A stretch of 64,000 bases of DNA, from contig JAEWZO010000028.1 in the NCBI GenBank assembly GCA_023458415.1, positions 17,315-81,314 of the forward strand. The letters run 5' to 3'. The stretch comes from Bacteroidota bacterium. Its GTDB lineage: Bacteria > Bacteroidota > Bacteroidia > Flavobacteriales > Weeksellaceae. Position numbers and translations under genes: made by a program. Position 1 is the first letter of the stretch. Each line of letters starts with the position of its first letter. The notes beneath the pieces were generated by a model that worked only from the letters and a program-made list of their open reading frames with translations, was not told the DNA's origin and searched no databases. Of this stretch, positions 56,077 through 64,000 are shown piece by piece.

Positions 56077-56101
56077 ATCAAATTAAATAAAAACAGATTT
56101 T

Positions 56102-56941
56102 ATAAAAAAACTTTTATTCTTTGCATTGGCTTTGCCAATTTTTGCAAGTGCGCAAACCGGTCTTTATCTTCAGGAAGATTTCGAGACAATCACCAGTTTA
56201 GAGGATGCTGGTTGGACTATGCACAATGATACCAATGTTCCTTTCGGAACTTATCAACAAACATTTCCCAATGCTTGGGCAATGGTTAACTGGACTGCCG
56301 AAAACGGAAATACTGTAGCAAGCACACCTTCATGGTTTACAACTTTAACTCCTGCAGACAGATGGTTAATTGCGCCTTCGTTTTTCATTGAAGAAAATGT
56401 AGAAACTACGACATTATACTTCAAGGCTCGGTCTCATGATAATCCTCCTTTTCAGGATGGGTTAACTGTTAAGATTTCTGAAACGGGTACTGATAAAGCC
56501 GATTTTGTCGATATTTTTGCAATTGAAGTTGCTACTAATGAACCTATGACTGCACAACAGTATTATTATGTGGATATTTCAGAATACAGAGGCAAAACTG
56601 TCCATATCGCATTCGTTAATACTAATTTAAATGGAAATTTATTGAGCATTGATGATGTTACAGTACAATGGGCAGGAACTCTTGCTGTCGATGAAGCCAA
56701 TGCAGCGAAAAACAAAATCACTGTTTATCCAAATCCAGTTTCCGAGAGCTTCAAGATTAATTTTGGAAGCAATTTATCGAGAAAAGATGCTAAAGTTACA
56801 GTAACAGACTTCAGTGGTAAAAAAGTGAAGACTTTCATCGCTCAGGAAGAATATAATATTGTTGACTTGCCTAAAGGAGCATATATCATTACAGTTTCCG
56901 ATGGTAAAACCACTGCTTCACAAAAGTTATTGAAGAAGTAA
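56102..56941 (+). CDS. Secreted protein with a T9SS C-terminal sorting domain (choice-of-anchor-J-like N-terminal domain)
   Basis: The C-terminus, ITVYPNPVSESFKINF...LPKGAYIITVSDGKTTASQKLLKK, is a Por_Secre_tail pattern. A proper signal peptide (I/M)KKLLFFALALPIFASAQ exists only if translation begins at ATA 56102. The ORF-track TTG at 56126 leaves MALPIFASAQ. Confidence 0.75.
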   Translation: MKKLLFFALALPIFASAQTGLYLQEDFETITSLEDAGWTMHNDTNVPFGTYQQTFPNAWAMVNWTAENGNTVASTPSWFTTLTPADRWLIAPSFFIEENVETTTLYFKARSHDNPPFQDGLTVKISETGTDKADFVDIFAIEVATNEPMTAQQYYYVDISEYRGKTVHIAFVNTNLNGNLLSIDDVTVQWAGTLAVDEANAAKNKITVYPNPVSESFKINFGSNLSRKDAKVTVTDFSGKKVKTFIAQEEYNIVDLPKGAYIITVSDGKTTASQKLLKK

Positions 56942-56961
56942 TTACAAAGAAATAATTAAAA

Positions 56962-56996
56962 AAAACTGCTTTCAATAGAAGGCAGTTTTTTGTTTT
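56962..56996. terminator. Terminator between convergent genes
   Basis: AAAACTGC pairs with GCAGTTTT across a 12-nt loop and is followed by a T-run. Confidence 0.55.
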
Positions 56997-57010
56997 TTAT
57001 TTGAAGAGAT

Positions 57011-58414
57011 CTATCCGAAAAATAAATACGCCAATGTAATCGCCGTAATAATTCCAACCAAATCAGCCAGAAGCATTGCGCCTACGGTGTAACGTGTATT
57101 CTTAATTCCAACCGCACCGTAATACACCGCAATTACATAGAAAGTAGTATCCGAACTTCCCTGCAGAACACCTGCAAGTCGGGATGGAAAAGAATCTGCC
57201 CCGAAAGTAGCCATTGTATCTACCATCATTCCTCTTGCTCCGGAGCCGGAAAGCGGTTTAATCAAAGCAGTAGGAAGCCCGTCCACAAATCTTGTGTCTG
57301 CTCCCGCTACGTCTGCAAGCCATTTCATTCCATCGATAATTACTTCAAAAACTCCGGAGGTCCTCAACAGAGAAATAGCGATAAGCATTCCCACGAGGTA
57401 CGGAATAATTTTTACAGAAACCCAGAAACCTTCTTTAGCACCATCAATAAAGGAAGCAAAAACGTCGATCTTTTTATACAAACCGCCTAGTACGATTGCA
57501 AAAAAGATTAACAGAATAATTCCATTGCTCAGAACTTTTGAGAATTCTGCAAGTTCTGCCTGACTTAAACGAACCAGAAAAACGACTAAAGCCGCAATCA
57601 GCAAAGAAATTCCTCCGATATATGCTAAAATAACCGGTTGAAAAAGGTTGATTTTCTGTTTGAATGAAACAATGATCATGGAGGCCATTGTCGCTGCAAA
57701 AGTGGCGATGAGACATGGCAGAAAAATATCGGTTGGGTTAGACGCGCCCATCGAAGCACGTATTGCAATAATCGATACCGGAATCAGCGTCAATCCTGAA
57801 GCATGAAGACAAAGAAACATCACCTGCGCATTGCTTGCTCTTTCGGCGGATGGATTCAGGGTCTGTAAACTTTCCATCGCTTTAAGTCCGAAAGGTGTTG
57901 CAGCATTGTCCAAACCTAAAAGATTCGCACTGAAATTGAGCATCATATGACCGAATGACGGATGGTTTTTAGGAACTTCAGGGAAAAGTCTCGAGAAAAA
58001 TGGCTGAATCATTCTCGAAAGTAAATTGATACCACCGGCTTTTTCAGCAATACTCATAAAACCCATAAAAAGCGTCATAATACCAATCAACCCCAAACAA
58101 ATTTTCACAGCGGTTTCAGAAGTTCCGATAACGCCGTCTGTCGCCTGAACACGGTAAACCTGGACATTCTGCGTTACAGAATCTGTTTTATAGCCAATGT
58201 GTTTTTCCTGAAAATTTTTGTTTGTCAGCAGCGACTGCTGTATGGTCGGATCAAAAGAAGAAAAAGGCTGCGTTGCAATCTGAACGGTATCACCGCCTTT
58301 TCCCACCACCATATCGTTAAAAATTGCCTTGTAATTCGGGGAGAACAAATATTTAATACTTGCCACCAAAATTGCGACGATGATAAACGCCGACCAAATC
58401 CTGCTTAAAACCAT
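57011..58414 (-). CDS. Nucleoside-recognition (Gate) domain membrane protein, SpmA/SpmB-like fusion
   Basis: 467 aa polytopic membrane protein. The N- and C-terminal halves resemble SpmA and SpmB respectively. Confidence 0.7.
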   Translation of the reverse strand: MVLSRIWSAFIIVAILVASIKYLFSPNYKAIFNDMVVGKGGDTVQIATQPFSSFDPTIQQSLLTNKNFQEKHIGYKTDSVTQNVQVYRVQATDGVIGTSETAVKICLGLIGIMTLFMGFMSIAEKAGGINLLSRMIQPFFSRLFPEVPKNHPSFGHMMLNFSANLLGLDNAATPFGLKAMESLQTLNPSAERASNAQVMFLCLHASGLTLIPVSIIAIRASMGASNPTDIFLPCLIATFAATMASMIIVSFKQKINLFQPVILAYIGGISLLIAALVVFLVRLSQAELAEFSKVLSNGIILLIFFAIVLGGLYKKIDVFASFIDGAKEGFWVSVKIIPYLVGMLIAISLLRTSGVFEVIIDGMKWLADVAGADTRFVDGLPTALIKPLSGSGARGMMVDTMATFGADSFPSRLAGVLQGSSDTTFYVIAVYYGAVGIKNTRYTVGAMLLADLVGIITAITLAYLFFG

Positions 58415-58597
58415 TGTTCAGAAAAATTTGAGTAAAAGTAAGGTTTTTGTTAAAACAATGTCAAAAATCATTTCTTATGCCGTCAAAAAATCTGATTTTC
58501 AAGCAAAATCTTTTGTAACTTTAGTTTCCCAAAAATTCAAATGCACGCCATTTCCATTTTTGATTCTCAACGAAATTAATTTAAAATCATAGACATT

Positions 58598-60724
58598 ATG
58601 AGTGCACATACTAAAGATTTACGCAATGTGGTTTTGCTCGGTCATTCCGACAGTGGCAAAACTACACTTATAGAGACGATGTTATACGAAGGAGGGGCCA
58701 TTAAACGCCGTGGAACTGTGGAAGGACAGAACATGGTGGGAGATTTTACAGACATCGAGCACGAAAAAGGAAAAACTATTTTTTCGCACCAGATGTTCGT
58801 AAACTGGAAAAACAACAAAATTAATATCATAGATACGCCGGGATTTGATGATTTTGTAGGTGAAGTAATTTCTTCCCTTAAAGTTGCAGATACGGCGCTT
58901 ATTGTTTTAAATGCAGCAGCAGGTGTAGAAGTAGGAACCGAATTGGTTTGGGAATATGTGGAGCAGTACAAAACTCCGGCGATGTTCGTCATCAACCAGA
59001 TGGATCATCCAAAAGCAGACTTTGAAACTACTCTTAATCAGGCAAAAGAAAGATTCGGAAGCAAATTGGTGCCTTTACAGTATCCACTGAATTCCGGTGA
59101 AGGATTCAACCAGATCGTCGATGCGCTGAGAATGGTGATGTACGAATTCCCTAAAGAAGGCGGAAAGCCGGAGAAAAAACCTATTCCTGAAAGCGAAATG
59201 GCAAGAGCCAACGAAATGCACAACACGTTGGTAGAAATCGCAGCAGAAAATGAGGAAGGTTTAATGGAAAAATATTTTGAAGAAGGAAACCTTTCCGAAG
59301 AAGAACTGGCTAAAGGAATTACCATTGCATTGGCTCATCAGCAGTTTTTCCCTGCTTTCGTAGCTTCCGGACTGAAAGATATGGGAAGTGGAAGAATTAT
59401 GGGCTTTATTGATGATATTGCACCGTCGCCGATGGACAGACCTAAACGTGTGATGGAAGACGGCAGCGAAGTCGCTTACGATGCGAACGATAAAACCACC
59501 ATCTTTATTTATAAAACTACTTCCGAGCCGCAGGTTGGAATGCTTTCCTACTTTAAAGTTTTGAGTGGTACAATTAAACCGGGAGACGAACTTGTCAACG
59601 CCAATAACGGTGAAGTGGAAAGAATTTCTCAGCTTTTCGTGGCCGAAGGAAAAGACAGAACTCCGGTAAATCAACTTGAAGCCGGAGATTTGGGTGTAAC
59701 TGTAAAACTAAAATCAGGACACACGAATAACACTTTGAATACTAAAGGGTTAGATAGAAAAATCCGTCCGATGGAATTTCCTGAAAGCCGCATCAGAAAA
59801 GCAGTTGCCGCAGAAAGTTCAGCCGAAACTGAAAAACTTTTTGCTGCACTGAACAAAATCAAAGAAGAAGATCCAACACTGAAAGTAGAGATTGATCACG
59901 AAACCCACGAAGCAATTCTTGGCGGACAGGGACAACTTCATATCGATTTGGTTAAGCAGCGTTTGGAAAAAGAATTTGGGGTGAAAATGACGATGAAAAA
60001 CCCGAAAGTTTCTTATCGTGAAACCATCACTGGAAAAGCTGATGCCGATTACCGTCACAAAAAACAATCCGGTGGAGCAGGGCAGTTTGGTGAAATCCAC
60101 ATGCGCGTAGAAAACTTTTACGAAGGAATGGAAGAACCAAAAGGACTCAATATTCGTCAGCACGAGATTGAAGATTTACCGTGGGGCGGAAAATTCGCTT
60201 TCTATTGGTGTATCGTGGGTGGCGCAATCGATAACCGTTATATCGGTGCCATCAAAAAAGGAATTATGTCGCAACTGAAAAACGGTCCGTTAACCGGAAG
60301 TCCGTGTCAAAATATTCGTGTTTCTGTTTATGACGGAAAAATGCACAGTGTCGATTCCAACGATATTTCCTTCCAACTTGCTGCAGCAGGTGCTTTTAAA
60401 GAAGCTTTTCATAATGCACATCCGCAGTTGCTTGAACCAATGTACCACGTAGAAATTCTTTGTCCGGATGATGCAACAGGTGACGTGATGGGTGATCTTC
60501 AGACAAGAAGAGCTATGATTTCCGGAATGGATTCCGAAGGACATTATCAGAAAATTATGGCTGAAGTTCCTTTGGCTGAGTTGGATGATTATGGTTCAAC
60601 ACTACGTTCCATCACAGGTGGTAAAGCTAAATTTACGATGAAGTTTTCTGATTATCAACTCGTTCCGGGAAACGTTCAGCAGGATTTGGTGAAGAAATAT
60701 GCAGAACAGGAAGTAGAAGCATAG
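58598..60724 (+). CDS. Elongation factor G paralogue (EF-G2-type translational GTPase)
   Basis: 708 aa with G1 GHSDSGKTT, G3 DTPGFDDF and G4 NQMD, plus EF-G domains II-V. It diverges from canonical fusA (AHIDAGKTT). Confidence 0.88.
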   Translation: MSAHTKDLRNVVLLGHSDSGKTTLIETMLYEGGAIKRRGTVEGQNMVGDFTDIEHEKGKTIFSHQMFVNWKNNKINIIDTPGFDDFVGEVISSLKVADTALIVLNAAAGVEVGTELVWEYVEQYKTPAMFVINQMDHPKADFETTLNQAKERFGSKLVPLQYPLNSGEGFNQIVDALRMVMYEFPKEGGKPEKKPIPESEMARANEMHNTLVEIAAENEEGLMEKYFEEGNLSEEELAKGITIALAHQQFFPAFVASGLKDMGSGRIMGFIDDIAPSPMDRPKRVMEDGSEVAYDANDKTTIFIYKTTSEPQVGMLSYFKVLSGTIKPGDELVNANNGEVERISQLFVAEGKDRTPVNQLEAGDLGVTVKLKSGHTNNTLNTKGLDRKIRPMEFPESRIRKAVAAESSAETEKLFAALNKIKEEDPTLKVEIDHETHEAILGGQGQLHIDLVKQRLEKEFGVKMTMKNPKVSYRETITGKADADYRHKKQSGGAGQFGEIHMRVENFYEGMEEPKGLNIRQHEIEDLPWGGKFAFYWCIVGGAIDNRYIGAIKKGIMSQLKNGPLTGSPCQNIRVSVYDGKMHSVDSNDISFQLAAAGAFKEAFHNAHPQLLEPMYHVEILCPDDATGDVMGDLQTRRAMISGMDSEGHYQKIMAEVPLAELDDYGSTLRSITGGKAKFTMKFSDYQLVPGNVQQDLVKKYAEQEVEA

Positions 60725-60744
60725 TTGTCATTTCTATATCAATA

Positions 60745-60775
60745 AAAAACCGGCAAATTTTCGCCGGTTTTTTTT
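60745..60775. terminator. Bidirectional terminator
   Basis: AAAAACCGGC-AAATTTTC-GCCGGTTTTTTT overlaps the stop codon of the convergent M14 gene. Confidence 0.7.
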
Positions 60776-62480
60776 AGTTTATCCGATAAATCGGATATCT
60801 GAGATACGATTTTTCAAAGTAGTCAGAATTCTGATAAACCCATTCCAGTTGCGTGGCGCCATCTTCTGAAAATTCTTTTTTGACGGCCTTTTCCATCTCG
60901 AAAGCGGTTTTCAGAGCTTTATTATTTTTTAGAAGCTGCGCTGCAGTATCCTCAAAAACATAAGGCGAGTAATGCTCTTTCTGGCTAAGAATTGAATCAA
61001 AGAAATTCCAGTTGAAGAATGAATCTACGGCTTCAGGTTCCAGCGTTTCGAGAAGATATTTTACACCCGGTTGATCAGTAGATATTAAAAAATCTCCCTT
61101 ATTTAAATGAACATATTCGGTTTTTCTAGTGACAACCGTTTGATAATGAGGATAATGACCTTCGTAAGGTCTTGAATAAGTTTTATAGTCTGAAATTTTG
61201 TACACCTGAACATTGGCTGCACTGTCTTTTTTGATTTCAGTCATTTTAATCTGATTCCTTTTCAGGTGGTTTACAACCTTATATTCTGATTTAGGAACAA
61301 CATAAAACCTCGGAATCGCGATGTCTTTCGTTGAAATATAGGAATGATAAAACGGAATCTTCTTAGTATATGGCTTGTTGCGGTCGTAAGATAATCTTGG
61401 TTTTCCTGAAATTTCACTTGGTTTCATACCGGATTCGTAACCTTTAAAGTCCATCATTCTCACCTGTACAGAATCTATTTTCCAGTTAATAGTATAGGGT
61501 TTTCCCGATTTAAACTGTTTTAGATTTTTTTCACTTAAATCTCTAATATTTTGAACATTACCATCAATAAACTGAACGGAAGACAGCATGTTTTCATAGG
61601 TGATTTGCACTCTTTTCGGATAAGGTTTCAACATGTGCGTTTCCATCACTTGTCCCATCGTATTGAATAGGGAAGTGTAGCCTGTTGCGTATCGGGGCGA
61701 ATCCATAAACTGCTCGTAGCCTTTCTCTACAGGTTTTCCCCATACATTTACATAAGGAATGGCATCAATTCCTTTTGTTTGAAGATCTGCGAAAATTTTA
61801 CGATTCAGTTCTTTTTCCTGGTAGTCTCCCAAAATTTTTCCAAGCCGTTCTTTATTAGTGGTAATGTAGGTAAGCGTATACTGGTAATCTGCGCCATTAC
61901 TTACGTGATTATCAATGAAATAAATCGGTTTTAACTCGTGAAAAATCTCCTGAAAACTTTCGGTATTTTTGGTGTCGGATTTGATGAAATCACGGTTTAA
62001 ATCATAATTTTTTGCGTTTCCGCGGAAACCATATTCTTCAGGTCCGTTTTGGTTGGCTCTGGAAAATTTACCACGATTCAACATTCCACCAATATTATAA
62101 GTCTGAATAACTGCAATAATGAGATTTTCCGGAATTTTAATGCGCTTCTCAGCGAAATCACGCATCATCATCATCGATGCGTCAATTCCGTCCGGTTCAC
62201 CAGGATGAATACCGTTGTTAATCAAAATCACCGACTTTTTCTTGAAGTCAAATTTTTGTGCAGAATCATAGAAAACCACTTTCAAAGGTTCGCCACTGTC
62301 GGTTAATCCGTATGTTTTGATGGAGATGTTTTTATGTGCAGTGTCCAATGTTTCATAAAATTTTATCATTTCTCCGTAAGTAGGAGTTTGATTCCCATTT
62401 CCTAGTTCAAATGGCGTTTTAAGTGTCTGTGCAGTAGAAATCACACTAAAAAATACACAGATAAAAAATTTATATTTCAT
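60774..62480 (-). CDS. M14-family zinc carboxypeptidase
   Basis: The start is moved to MKYKFFICVFFSVISTAQ (ATG 62480), because the ORF-track start at 62525 would sit 2 nt from the -7 box. The zinc motif is GIHPGEPDG (HxxE). Confidence 0.8.
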   Translation of the reverse strand: MKYKFFICVFFSVISTAQTLKTPFELGNGNQTPTYGEMIKFYETLDTAHKNISIKTYGLTDSGEPLKVVFYDSAQKFDFKKKSVILINNGIHPGEPDGIDASMMMMRDFAEKRIKIPENLIIAVIQTYNIGGMLNRGKFSRANQNGPEEYGFRGNAKNYDLNRDFIKSDTKNTESFQEIFHELKPIYFIDNHVSNGADYQYTLTYITTNKERLGKILGDYQEKELNRKIFADLQTKGIDAIPYVNVWGKPVEKGYEQFMDSPRYATGYTSLFNTMGQVMETHMLKPYPKRVQITYENMLSSVQFIDGNVQNIRDLSEKNLKQFKSGKPYTINWKIDSVQVRMMDFKGYESGMKPSEISGKPRLSYDRNKPYTKKIPFYHSYISTKDIAIPRFYVVPKSEYKVVNHLKRNQIKMTEIKKDSAANVQVYKISDYKTYSRPYEGHYPHYQTVVTRKTEYVHLNKGDFLISTDQPGVKYLLETLEPEAVDSFFNWNFFDSILSQKEHYSPYVFEDTAAQLLKNNKALKTAFEMEKAVKKEFSEDGATQLEWVYQNSDYFEKSYLRYPIYRIN

Positions 62481-62526
62481 TAGTTTTATTCGATTTAATG
62501 AAAGCTTCCTCTTTGAGAAAATCATT

Positions 62527-62534
62527 CAAAAATA
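62527..62534 (-). promoter_or_regulatory. -7 element (TATTTTTG on the minus strand) for the M14 gene
   Basis: Exact TAnnTTTG match 46 nt upstream of ATG 62480. Confidence 0.35.
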
Positions 62535-62563
62535 AACAAAAAAACCACGCTACTGCGTGGTTT
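62535..62563 (-). terminator. Terminator after the DinB-family gene
   Basis: On the minus strand, AAACCACGC-AGTA-GCGTGGTTT is followed by T7, 24 nt downstream of the TAA at 62587. Confidence 0.65.
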
Positions 62564-62586
62564 GTTGACGTTTTGTCATTTTGTTT

Positions 62587-63084
62587 TTATCCGTGTAAGT
62601 CTTCGTAAGTCGGACCATAAAGTCCCGGAACCTTGTTGCCTGTAGTTCTTAAATGCGCAACGAGTTCGCCGCGGTGATGATACAAATGATTGTAAAGAAA
62701 ACCTCTCGCCATCACTACTTTTGGCGCAGGACCAATTAAGGTATGTTCACCAGAAACCAGCGACCACTCGTTGAAGTATTGGCTCTAATCGGAGTTTTCA
62801 AGAATTTCTTTCGCCTTTCCGTAGTTTTCTTCAAATTCATTTAAAATGTTGGCTGAGGTAAGTTCGTAGTTTTGTTCATCAAGAGTATTGATGTCGAACT
62901 TGTCATAATTGAAGGTTCCGTCGTACCAAGAGTAGATATTGGCTACGTGTTTTGCCAGTTGTCCTACGCTCCACAAATGTGGTTGAGGTCTGTAATCCAA
63001 CGCTGAATCTGGAATGGCTTTCAGTAGTTTTCTGGTGTTTTCGGCTTCGTACTCAAATTCGTTTAATAATCCCTGTTTTAGCAT
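62587..63084 (-). pseudogene. DinB-family (DinB_2) protein interrupted by one in-frame TAG
   Basis: The frame runs 99 codons (MLKQGLL...ILENSD), a TAG at 62785-62787, then 65 further codons in the same frame (SQYFNEWSLVSGEHTL...LYNHLYHHRGELVAHLR...EDLHG) to the TAA at 62587. The downstream part holds the conserved HHRG metal-binding helix, so the two parts form one ~165-aa gene. Confidence 0.75.
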
Positions 63085-63167
63085 TTTTCTATGTTTTTTA
63101 ATTCAAGAATAAAGCTAAGCATAATACTCAGTTTGCTTGAAAAACGAAAGTTAAAAATTTATTAAAA

Positions 63168-63683
63168 TTAAATTTGCTCCAGATAAACCAGATCGTTTCC
63201 GTGGTCTTCCTCCAGTGATCTAAGGATTTTCGCAGTTTTCGTTTTTTCAAAAAGCTGATCAACGAAAAAGTTAGTTTCAAAAAACTGACGGTGAATTCCC
63301 TGCAACAATTCCATGAAGAAAGCCATTCCTACTTCATTATTGTGAAGATCCATTTTCTTCTGCAAAGGCTCATTCGGGAATAGTTCTTCATGCATTTCTG
63401 TTATTCTTCTGCAAAAATCCAAAGCTTTTTGTGGAGACGAAACTTTACAGCAGTACATCATAATTAAACAACACCATAAAGCATGGCGATAGGCATTTCC
63501 TATTCCGTCGTTGGAGTTGGTTTCAGGGAAATATTTTTGAGCGAGAACGAAACTTTTTACTGTTGCATAAAAACTCAGAACTGAAAATAAGGGATGAGGC
63601 AAAGTTATCCTGGCCACTTTCAACATTTTCCTAAAAGTGAGTGTGCGTAATGTGTTGACTAATATAACAGCAGTTTTCCTCAT
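63168..63683 (-). CDS. Hypothetical protein
   Basis: 171-aa ORF with a conserved-looking GNAYRHALWCC...HEE...DLHNNEVG block and no function I can assign. The start is uncertain, with an alternative M at codon 20. Confidence 0.6.
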   Translation of the reverse strand: MRKTAVILVNTLRTLTFRKMLKVARITLPHPLFSVLSFYATVKSFVLAQKYFPETNSNDGIGNAYRHALWCCLIMMYCCKVSSPQKALDFCRRITEMHEELFPNEPLQKKMDLHNNEVGMAFFMELLQGIHRQFFETNFFVDQLFEKTKTAKILRSLEEDHGNDLVYLEQI

Positions 63684-63735
63684 AAAAGAAATCTCACCTA
63701 ATAAGGTGAGATTTTTTGGTATTTGTTACAAAAAC

Positions 63736-64000
63736 TTAAGCCGGAGAAAGTAAATGGGTAATCTTAGAAATTTTCTGCTTAATTTCCGTTCTTTTGACAA
63801 TGAAATCCACAAACCCTTTTTCCTGCAAAAACTCAGAGGTCTGGAATCCTTCAGGAAGGTCTTTTCCGATAGTTTCACGGATAACTCGCGGACCTGCAAA
63901 ACCGATCAGAGCGCCCGGTTCAGCCATAATTATGTCTGCAGTCATAGCAAATGATGCGGTAATTCCACCGAAAGTCGGGTCGCAAAGATAAGCGATGTAA
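63736..64000 (-). CDS. accD: Acetyl-CoA carboxylase carboxyltransferase beta subunit, C-terminal part (partial at the window edge)
   Basis: The frame is open to the window end and reads ...[45 protein letters not shown]..., the AccD signature. Confidence 0.88.
   Translation of the reverse strand, partial: YIAYLCDPTFGGITASFAMTADIIMAEPGALIGFAGPRVIRETIGKDLPEGFQTSEFLQEKGFVDFIVKRTEIKQKISKITHLLSPA

Noticed and set aside
1-64000. Search for tRNA, rRNA, CRISPR repeats, IS ends or transposases, integrases, toxin-antitoxin pairs, defence-system signatures and riboswitch-sized leaders.
   Set aside because: None was found. Apart from 82-467 and 33001-33532, intergenic spacers are about 180 bp or shorter. 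Apart from parS, no direct or inverted repeat family recurs. All sizeable ORFs are accounted for by housekeeping or conserved hypothetical genes, and composition looks uniform by eye.

Overview
The window looks like core chromosome from a low-GC Flavobacteriia genome, probably Weeksellaceae or Chryseobacterium-like. That placement is inferred from gldH, a PorW/SprE-like lipoprotein, a T9SS C-terminal sorting domain, GLPGLI-family genes and TAnnTTTG -7 promoter motifs. About 52 tightly packed protein-coding genes are supported, almost all housekeeping: cell wall (mrcA, glmM, murF-alr fusion, MurC/Mpl-like ligase, LD-carboxypeptidase), translation and RNA (lepA, EF-G paralogue, mnmG, tsaB, rsmI, ybeY, rnr), central and nucleotide metabolism (pgk, rpiB, guaC, surE, tdk, fabG, accD), iron uptake (feoAB) and an ECF sigma module. 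I found no rRNA, tRNA, CRISPR array, IS or transposase, integrase, prophage or recognisable defence island, and no convincing novel multi-gene system. The best signals are non-coding. The 532-bp rpiB-pgk spacer carries six DnaA-box-like 9-mers, one perfect, plus a 23-bp pure A/T tract. Two perfect 16-bp parS palindromes (TGTTTCACGTGAAACA) bracket mnmG/gidA 2.2-4.1 kb away. Together they suggest the window spans the replication origin and partition region. Smaller observations are a DinB-family gene split by one in-frame TAG, a 49-aa FeoB-associated Cys-rich ORF below the ORF-track cutoff, a T9SS cargo gene whose only sensible start is ATA, an uncharacterised OMP + 2x GLPGLI module beside feoAB, and a patatin-Omp85 (type Vd-like) protein. 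All functional calls rest on motif recognition by eye, with no database search run.
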